Assembly (NCBI GenBank): GCA_964276515.1
Contig: OZ193910.1
Coordinates: forward strand, 6,138,001-6,202,000
DNA from: Gordius albopunctatus
Taxonomy: Eukaryota
DNA: 64,000 bases
Direction of reading: 5' to 3'
Part shown: one piece after another, positions 54,350-64,000 of the stretch
Layout: each line of letters begins with the position of its first letter
Position numbering within the stretch: the first letter of the stretch is position 1
Made by a program: the position numbers and the translations under genes
The notes under the pieces: model-generated
What the model was told of the DNA's origin: nothing
The model's input: only the letters and a program-made list of their open reading frames with translations
Database searches by the model: none

Positions 54350-56757
54350 TATACAATAAATTTGTGGTCACATAACATTTGTTCATTACTTTGTCTTTTG
54401 ATAAATTGGTTTTTAATCGGTGAGTATTCTTCCACTTTTATTTATTTTAGCTTATTTTATATGTTTGTAAAAAATATTTATATTTGTTTGCATTTTTTGT
54501 ATAGTAAATGTCAAAACATTATTTTATTATCAACAATTCAATAAATTGATAATCACACGATATTATGATATCAATAAATTGAAAAATAACATGTAGTTTA
54601 TATTAATAAGAGCGATTTTATTAAGCTCCTCGTGTTTTCGCCAAATGACAGTCTGTTGTGGCGATGTGAAGGAACTACTTAATAGTGCGCCTTTCGCATC
54701 TAACTTTTTAGGTATTCAATAAACTAAGAATTAAATCGGATATTTGTCAAATATTAACCAAAATTAAATGTTAATCTAATTGAAATTTCGATACTATTAT
54801 CCCTTAATATGCGTTAGTTAGAGTTGTTAAATTACTAACTTGCTTCAACTCGAGACGCGAGCACGCACACCGAGTTGTTTAATATGCGCGTGAGGACAAT
54901 CTGTGCTTGCTATTCGGTGCACTAGGCAGAACAGTAGCATATTAAATATCGTTGAATCCAAAATTTCAAGTCTAATTTGCCCTCGCTGTTTTCCAAAAGT
55001 ATCAACATAAACTAGTTGCGTTTAAGAGGGGTGATAATAATATTTCACCTATATATACATACAATCAGCCGCCTAGTCAGAATTTTGTCAACAGGATTTA
55101 TTTTTATAAAATGCAGCAAATTTATATTTTCGGGTAGGGACGGGCGGGCACCATAACAAGATTTAGGCAATTCGCTTTAAATGAGATTTATTAGATAAGG
55201 TAATATTTTTAGTGTATTATTTTGTCATTTTTTACTTGAATCATAATAATAATTAATCGTAGTTCTTATCCAAAAGAAATCAAGAATTCAATCTAAAATT
55301 TACGAAAAATAATAAAACTACTGCGCAATATTTAAAAATCATTATTTTGTGTCGGGCAGTTAGGGTAGCTCAAATGAATTGGGCATGGGCGGGCCCTGGG
55401 AGGCAATTTAGTTATAAAATTGGGTCGGGTTTGAGCAGAAATTTTTAGCCAAATACGACCTATGATTAAGATATAAATTCTGTATACAGAATATAGAAGT
55501 TATAATAAAAAATATTCATTTGATTTTTATTTTTCCCAGCGATTGTCTATCAAGGATTTCACCTGAGATGGGAGCATTTCCTAATGACTATTCATTTAAG
55601 CGTTATTTTGACATACCATTTCCAATAAGTTAAATTCACTATGTGTGAAAATTCGCTCATTGGTGCATGTCGAGTTGGAAAGACAAAAAGTGTGGTTAAT
55701 TTAGGTGATGGCTCAGATATAATTGAAAAGCCTAGGGTGTCGATAGCTTTCTTGGGATGACAAGTTTGTGACAAAAACACATACCATAATTCAATTTCTG
55801 ATTTTAGATTAATTTTTTGTCATTCAAATCATTAAAGTATATTTAGGCAATAAAATTTTTGAATCTATGGCACAACAATTGATGAATTTTTTCCAAACAA
55901 GATCTTATTTAAAAGTTAAGGGGAGACAAATACTATTACTTCCTAATAAACCTAAATGGAATTATTTGAAATATTACTAACAAAATTTTTCTTGGCAAAT
56001 CAAGGTCTTTTAGATCTAAATCATATAAATTAGCTTTAACTTCAGCTAATAAAATAATTTGACGAAACTTTTCGTCAACGCTGTTTATTATATATTTTAT
56101 CTGAGTTAATGTTATCTGCTAATGGATTAATCTATTAAATATCAAGATTCTTTTTCTAAAATATTTTGCATTAAAAGTGTATACTGAAAAATATCAACAT
56201 ATGAAAGTAAATCCAAGTATTCAAATTGCTTAAAAGAACTATCCCTATTTATATAAAATTGCTACTTATAGATGTTGGGGAAAATGTTCAATCAGCGTTT
56301 TTTTTATTTGTAAGTGAATAGCTAAATTCGGTAAAGGAAAATTATGGGTTAGTAGCTTTTTGCCGAAATTTAATAATAAAAGTTTTTATAGAGTTTTGCA
56401 ACCGGCCATGTTTTAAAAACTTCTAGACCCGTCCGAACCTCCCGTATTTTTTTAGGTATTTCAGGCCCCTCCGTACCTATTTTAAAAACTTTTAAGCCCG
56501 CCTCTAATTTTTTAAGACATTTTAGCCCCGTCCGTATCCGCCCGTGGGCCGGGCTTGCTCGTGTAAATCTTCGTTACATTTAAGGTTACTCAGTTAAATA
56601 TTTTGCCTAAAATAACATTTATCATTATAATTTAATCAAATATTTGATGAATCGATTAAAGCAAAAATTCACATATGTTAAAAGTATTAGTATAGCCATG
56701 TACCTAAGCCAAATAAAGCTAAATTTAGAGAAATGGGAACCTTATATGAGCTGGCTA

Positions 56758-56915
56758 CATTGGCGTAGCCAGGGGGGCCGCCCCCCCCCCTAAATGGCGG
56801 GAAAAAAAATTTCCAATGCAAAAAGCCTTAAAAATTAAATAATTTTATGTTCCCCCCCCTAATTTAACTTTTGAACTTTTCGCCCCCCCTAATCCAAAAC
56901 CTGGCTACGCCCATA
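56758..56915. mobile_element. Small MITE (GGCGTAGCCAGG TIR)
   Basis: CATTGGCGTAGCCAGG...CCTGGCTACGCCCAT; related ends at ~41925-42100, 49570-49595, 50420-50455. Confidence 0.65.
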
Positions 56916-57569
56916 GTCAGCTATTAAAAATTAATTTAGAAAAATTTGAAATAATTGAACAAAGAAAAAATTCAGAAAGAAATTTATAATAAAAATTTAA
57001 AGGCATTATAACTAAAAAGGTGTTACATCTACTGGAATATCAAGAAGCAACTATCATATAAATGTAAAGAAAAATTAAATACATTTTAAACAAATAAACT
57101 AAGATAATCAAATCATATACAGGATATAAGATTGATATTAAAGATTTATTAAAACAAATCTTTTAGACATAAAATCAAACATTTATTTCTTAATGGCGTT
57201 GGTAAGAAGTTTATAATTTAGAATTCTAAGACCGCTAATGAAAATATAAGCCCGTGCGAGCCTCTTTTAATTTCAGGCCCGTTGGAGTCTTTTTGTAAAA
57301 TGTTCAGGCTCTTCCGAGCCCATTTATAATAATTTCAGGCCAGTCAGTACTTGTTTTGTAAAGATGTCTCGGCCCGCCCGAGCCTGTCCCTAGTTTTTTA
57401 CTCACTTCAGGCCCGTTCGCACCCACCCGAGGGCCGGGCCTGCTTGTGCAGATGTTTAATAAAGTTGGAGCATAAAAATTTCTAGAAAACTATTGATTTA
57501 ATCTGTTACTGTGTTATCGAATAATGAATTGTACTTTTAATATCATTATGCAGGCACAAAAGGTGCTAT

Positions 57570-58060
57570 GTTGCTCAAAAAATCTCGAGCTACCTTAGCT
57601 TAACTTGTATAATTATTCAAACTAATTGACCATCAATTTATAATTATCGCCTCACGCAAGATGATAAACTGAGAAATTCAAATATGCTTCAGTAATATTT
57701 ACTAAAGTCTAATTTTTAGCATTTAATAATGCTAAGGATATAAATATGTGATAAATATATTAATAAATTATTCACTTACCCTAAGGGTCATCCATACTTA
57801 GGTAAATGAATTGTAATTGCCAAATTTATGGTGTTATTTTAATATCATATATATTCCTATCATATTGATTTATATAAAATACCTCAAATATAAATCATAG
57901 AAATTAAAATACACAATAATTTATTAAAAACTAAGATCAATAAAAAGCCGAAATCTCGCTGAAAAAATCTCATTCTCGTTTCGGCATCAATATTCTCGTC
58001 TCGATCTCGGGTCAGTTTTTCAAATTCTCGGAGAATTTTCTCGGTTTTTCCGCATCACTA
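57570..58060 (-). mobile_element. Truncated TAGTG hAT MITE copy
   Basis: Ends CCGCATCACTA at 58060; colinear with 20580-21885. Confidence 0.7.
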
Positions 58061-59684
58061 GTTAAAGCTATTTACCGGAAACTCAATTTAAAAATAAAGG
58101 GTATATCTATATATATAAATGTAACTCCGTTTTCTTTGTCCTCTAATAACTCCTAAAGTTCTCGACCGAAAATTTGGTCAGATCATTGCCTTAGTATCCT
58201 AGATGGTTTATATATACTTTTATCGACCTGCGACAGCCGTAACCCTGTTTTTTGGTAGTGTATACTAGAGCCCTGCAAAGTCACTTATTTTCAACCCGAC
58301 CGGAAAGCTTTTGAATTTTTTAACCCAAACCCAACCCGAAAGCGTTTTAAGCCAAACCCGACCCGAAAGTAAAAAAAAGTGATTGGTGTAAAATTGATTT
58401 TGATGGTTTTAAATGGCAACAAAATGTTATCCCCAAAAAAACAACAGATTTAACAACATTTTACAACATGTTTGCCAGAAGTGAGAGCATTAGAAAAGGG
58501 TAGATTCTAATTCAGAAAAGTAAGAGTATAATAATAAAATACAAATAATTAATACTTAATGTAAATGATAATTTGACAAATTTCTGTGCGTGGTAATTCC
58601 GTAGAAATTGATGTGAAAATTCAAGTAAAAATTAATATTCCTTATGGTTTAGTAAATTAATTATTTAAAGTTTACTTTTTAAAGATCATGATATAGCTAA
58701 CTTTAATAAAGCAAATACAGCTGGCACCGCCAAAGCTGGGCATGGGTGGGCTTATTGTTAATAAATGCGGGCCGGGCTCAAACGAACATTGTGGTAATTA
58801 AACGGGCTTGGGAAGGGCCTAGCTATAGGTAGGGCCAAAACCTTGTTATCTTTGTATTTTAATATATAAAAATGGTGTTTTTATTATGTTTTTCAAATTT
58901 TATTATTATTTAACTTTACAATAAAATGAAATTCATATGAATTTTTTTCGTTATTTATTCATAGAAATTAAAAATAGTTACATTTAGTTATATAAGATTA
59001 ATCTTGCAAAGGGTTTCAATTATCATAAATTGTTTTATTCAGCTTCAAGTTCTACTACTGACGGCGCGTTATTATTTGGAAGAAAAAAGACTGTTTAAGA
59101 CTGATATTACATGATTAATATTGAACATTTTTAACATAAATAAATGATTGTTTTAATATCGACAAAAATGTTTAAAAAGATAATAATTTTTGGATAAGGA
59201 TGTAGGCTGGGCCTGTGCTTTGCAAAAAATCAGCGAGACAAACTCTGACTTATTATTTCATTTTAATGGTCCCGGGGCGGACATTTTTTGGTACTAGTGG
59301 GAAAATTAAGCCTAATGCATACAATGGTCCTAATTAGCACAAACAGGAAATTTGGAAGGAGCTCTTTGCAATTTGTGTCCTTGAAGATATTATTAGCGCA
59401 TTTTTCACCAAAAACCCATCGTAAATATTGAATTTATGTAATTGTAATCAGTTTTTGTTTAATCGAAATTTTTGACACAAAATTTATCCCCCCCCCTCTC
59501 CGCCTCTAATTGGATAGTCGAGCCTCCGCCACTATTATATATCATCTTAATAATTTTTTTAATAATATTATTTATCAAATTTTTTTGAACCCTCCCTCCC
59601 CCAGGCAATCCTGACTTTAAAATATTAATTTATTATACACTCGCTACGCTTTGAGCGTCCCCTTTAGTAAACATCTGCTACAAA

Positions 59685-62547
59685 ATGACAAATTATCTAA
59701 TTGATAATAATAATTCTATAAAATCTAACTTACTAGAAGAATTGAATAAGTATTTTAATTTAAAAAGCTATTTGTACTATGCTGAAAACCAATTAATTAA
59801 TTCTTACAAGTAAAAACTTATATTATAAATACAAATTAAATTAGTCTTTATTCTTCATTGGAAATTGCAAATGATGCCTGCCTAGATGTAAGTTTTGCGA
59901 ATTTTATCTCTGTTCAATAATTTAACTTTAAAGATGACGAGGGAGAAAGAAATTGATAATTTAAGGTTAAATGAAGAAATCAAAATTAGAAAATTGAAAA
60001 ATAAATGTGAACAATTATATAAAATATCTCCTCAAGTATATTGTCTTTGTGTTAATTTTTAGTATTATAGACTTATCAAAAATACAAATATTATAGTGTG
60101 AATTTACTTCCTCTAAGTTGCCATAGAAATCCTGAAAAATACTTTTATAAAGATGATGTTGTTCAAGGTGTTATACTAATAATATTGTTAATGCTTTTTA
60201 AATGTTCTAAAACTTAAAATCTGAAAATTTTTATTGTGCCCAAGATTTTTTGGAAAAAACTAATAGCTTGGCTAGATGATATTGAGGGTTTATTTAGTAT
60301 TCATTATTTTTGCTGGGACTATCTATTTTAAAATCAGATTACCAAAAAGCAATCTGAGCTTTATTATATCATTCCCTTGCATAATTTAAGTAATAATATA
60401 TATTTATAAAATAGCTTTTATGAGTATTGTTTAAGTTATTATTAGTCATAAACTAATTGTTACAAAAATAAAAGACAGAGTCTTTTGCATTATAAGAATC
60501 CCTTTGGTGCTAAAAAAACATTTGCAAGACTCATTAGCAAAATTTAGTATATGTTTGAATTTAGATATAGGTAAAACTTTATAAAATCTTGTTCTTGTTA
60601 AGGGTTAATTATTTCAATGTCTACACTAATGAGTCAATTTTTATTTGCTTGCTACAAGGACCTTTTTTCAATAACAACAAATTTATTACTTTTTTATGTC
60701 TAGGAGTTTATTATCTTCTCTTTAAATAGTTTTAATTATTAAAAAGAATTAAATATTTGTTTGCAATTAAATAGCTGAAAACTATTGATTGACTTTGAAT
60801 CACCTTAAAAATGTTTATAATTAAATGTAACTGTATTTTAATTTAAAAAGCTATTTGTACTATGCTGAAAACCAATTAATTAATTCTTACAAGTAAAAAC
60901 TTTTATTATAAATGCAAATTAAATTAGTCTTTATTCTTCATTGGAAATTGCAAATGATGCCTGCCTAGATGTAAGTTTTGCAAATTTTATATCTGTTCAA
61001 TAATTTAACTTTAAAGATGACGAGGGAAATATGGGTGTAATTTCTTTTTTATTTTATTATAAACCTTAAATTGCATAGTAATTAAAAATATATATTAATA
61101 AAGTTAAATTAATCAATTTAAAGCATCTAAGAATGATAAGTGAACCCCGAACCTTTTGTTCATAGGCATTTAATTACACCTAACAAATTTTTTAAACACT
61201 CCACCCCTAAATAATTTTTTAAAGAACCTTGGCTGAATTATTTTTAACATGTAGGTTATATATTGGCGCCGATTTGATTAAAAATAAATAATTATACTTT
61301 AAAATTAGGGTTAGTAAATTTTGTCGTTTTAAATTTCTAAGTTTAGAAATTTGGTTTTTAACATAGGCTTAGGCAGTCTCTTTATCAAATATATTTTTTT
61401 AAGATAGGAAAAGGGCACGAATCTCAAATATCTTGAACTTATATCTTATTAAATAATTTTGCCCACCTAAGATTACTGTAAAATCATATTAATCTACATT
61501 TTTACCAGAGGAATTCATTTTAACATTGCCCCTTTAAAACATTTTCTTTTTTCTGCATATTGTTTAAATCGCAATAGATTATTGGCGTTGTATGAGTTGA
61601 ATGATAATACTTTTTTTATATTTATTAATGATATATTTGTCCATAGCGGCTTTAGAAAACCTGTCAAAGAGAGCTTCGCCTTTTACGGAAACTTATAAGG
61701 ACACCGTAAATGTTATTGGGGTTTTTGTTAGTCATATATTTTTAGGAGACGTCTCTTAAGCCTTTATTAAATCCCTCTTCAAGCAACACCAATAAAAGTT
61801 GGAGCAAAAAGTGTATGAAACGGCGGAGAATATTTACTGCTATCGCGAAAAAAGAGGTTCCAAAATTATACAAAAGTCGAATGATAAATAAAACCACCAA
61901 ATTACGCCAGTTAAAAAAGGTATAATTTCGTGCTCGATTATCTCCGGCATAATTTGTTTATGTACGTAACTTAGATATTTTGGTCATTGTTCTGTAAAAT
62001 CGAATTTTTGCAACCCGACTCTATAATTAATTTCAAATTTACTCTAGCTTGACCCGACAATTTCTTTTTTGTGCCCGACTCGATCTAAAAAGAATTTATT
62101 TTCTGATCTGGCCAATGTGAAATACAATGTTGTATGAAATTGGACCCAAGTATGTAAGATTTGAAATGCCTATTATTAAATAGTATAGTAACAAGTAAAA
62201 ACAAAAGTTTTCAAAAGGCATAATATGTTTTTACCCTTACGGTCTCATAAAAATTTACTTTTAAGACTTGGTTTAGTTTTTTAATTTCCAACCTAAACCT
62301 TTACAATTATAATTTTTAATTGACCCCAACTCTCATTTTTAACTGAATCCAATCTTATCCTTTTAAGGTGGCTTACGAATGCGCTAGACAATACAAAGAT
62401 CTGCACAATCAGCTTACACCGGATGATAATTTAACTTTCGACACTACCGAATTTCCATGCGCCTTATCAATTACTATTGAAGATCCTCAAGAATCGCTTC
62501 TCCTTAAAGAAACTCGCCTAACTTGTCTACAAACCTCTAGCGAATAA
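59685..62547 (+). CDS. 259-aa protein resembling the INO80 N-terminal region and first part of DBINO/HSA, no ATPase
   Basis: Exons 59685-59809, 59845-59887, 59934-60035, 60071-60167, 61647-61705, 61746-61919, 62368-62547 (780 nt) splice GT-AG with matching phases and no stops; YQKYKYYSVNLL and KRRRIFTAIAKKEVPKLYKSRMINKTTKLRQLKKVAYECARQ resemble recalled INO80 segments; AATAAA overlaps the stop. Confidence 0.6.
60838..61027 (+). repeat. ~190-bp direct duplication of 59752-59944
   Basis: Near-identical copy of the end of exon 1, exon 2, both introns and the start of exon 3 of the INO80-like gene. Confidence 0.9.
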
Positions 62548-64000
62548 AAACAGTCAGATTTATATCGTATTATATATATTATTGATCACAATGTATTTTT
62601 ATATAAAAAATATTGAGGCAAAATACATATCATTCAATTTTGTACGATCCACGATTCATTGGAAAATAACCAACGTTGTTGCTTTTCGTTTGCCGAACAT
62701 TTATCCATTTTTAAATTATTTTGTTCCCTCCACTTATTGATGTCAACTATCCGATCGACTGATAAACACAAGTTTGTCCACGTATTTTTGAAAAGTTTTG
62801 TCTAAAAAGTGTCCGATAATAATGGGATTTAATTTATTCTACCTTTGGTTCGTAAATCCATTTTTGAGATTGCTTTTTAAAATTGCACAACCTTAGCACG
62901 ACGTTATATTTATTTTGAGGGCTTTTTGCCCCAAATTGCAGGGGGTAATTATCGAGGCACATGGCTTCGTCTGTCATAATCATTAAATTTTTCTTATACA
63001 CGAAGCGCTATAATAAATTTGTGATTATACAATGTATTGCACCTTCTAAAATTACTTGCGAGATATCTATGTATTTGTATTTACATGGCTTTAAGGTCAG
63101 CTTTGAATATAAACCATTAATGCCTGCTTTTGCGTGTATGCAGGTTTTACTACTGAAATGTTGAATCTATAAAATATTAATATAAACCTTCAATCTGTAT
63201 AAAAAACAATTATTCTCGTTATCAAATAGGCTCCTCATGAAAAGTATTTTAGTAATGATTTTTGTTATTTGAAAAATCCTTAATATTTTGTTTTTTAAAA
63301 ATATGTTTATCAGCCATATCTATCTTAAAAATTCACACAAAAATTAAAACAGCCTACGTAGAAACTAAATTGTGAGCAGCATAATAGGGATTGTTGTGTT
63401 AATCCTTAAGGGAAGCTATAATACCTCATCTGAAATGATTCCTTGTTGTGCTAGGCTATCTTTATATGAAATGTTTTTTATACATATTGTAAATTAATAT
63501 TTATTAAGGCCAAATCTTTATGAGGATTAAATAAATTAACCAATAGTATTTTATTATGTGTAAAATTATTAAATGACAAATAAACTTTTACAGGAGATTT
63601 TAGCTTCATAGATTTTTTTCCCTCAACTAAATCTTTTTTGTTAACCATGATGTACACTTAGATTAGAGCAATACCAATTGATATTTATTTGATAATATAA
63701 ATATTTTAGGACGCATCGCATATGATATAACTCTTCTTGGGGGGGGGGGTCAAATTAAAGGGACTAGACAATCTAAATTTAGAGGAACCATGCACGCATC
63801 GATTGTGAAAATGGGTTAGGTTACAAATCTCCATATATTGTTAGGTAATTGTTAATGTTACCTTTCCAAAAATCTGATAATCTGACGGGAAATAATTTGA
63901 AGGATACACATTTTGTAGATACCAATCAAAATTTTGGCATTTTAGTGTTTCTCGAATATTTATGCGTTCGGTAACGTTTGTTATTGATCCATACTTCTTA

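Noticed and set aside
55540..56360. Exon-like sequence between CDK5 and the INO80-like gene
   Set aside because: Stops in the candidate frames and no recognisable motif; could not build a model

Overview
AT-rich, transposon-dense eukaryotic (invertebrate animal-like) genomic DNA using the standard genetic code, with mostly very short (34-51 nt) GT-AG introns. Three host genes can be spliced by hand, all on +: NAA40/NatD (33394-34562, 3 exons); CDK5 (40567-54349, 11 exons, PSSALRE, one 10.5-kb TE-filled intron and one U12-type AT-AC intron); and a 7-exon, 259-aa ORF (59685-62547) resembling only the N-terminus and start of the DBINO/HSA region of INO80, with no ATPase. The rest is nested mobile DNA: Gypsy LTR relics, four RTE-type LINEs with target-site duplications (TSDs), hAT elements and MITEs, Helitrons, Helentron/DINE-like elements and a FLYWCH-MULE relic. 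Highlights: the ATPase-less INO80-like gene; an LTR element carrying a captured intronless kinesin light chain sequence with TPR-to-TPR deletions; a 5'-inverted RTE copy; and an ~850-bp (TATG)n that is the 3' tail of a full-length LINE. Homology calls come from recalled motifs, not database searches.
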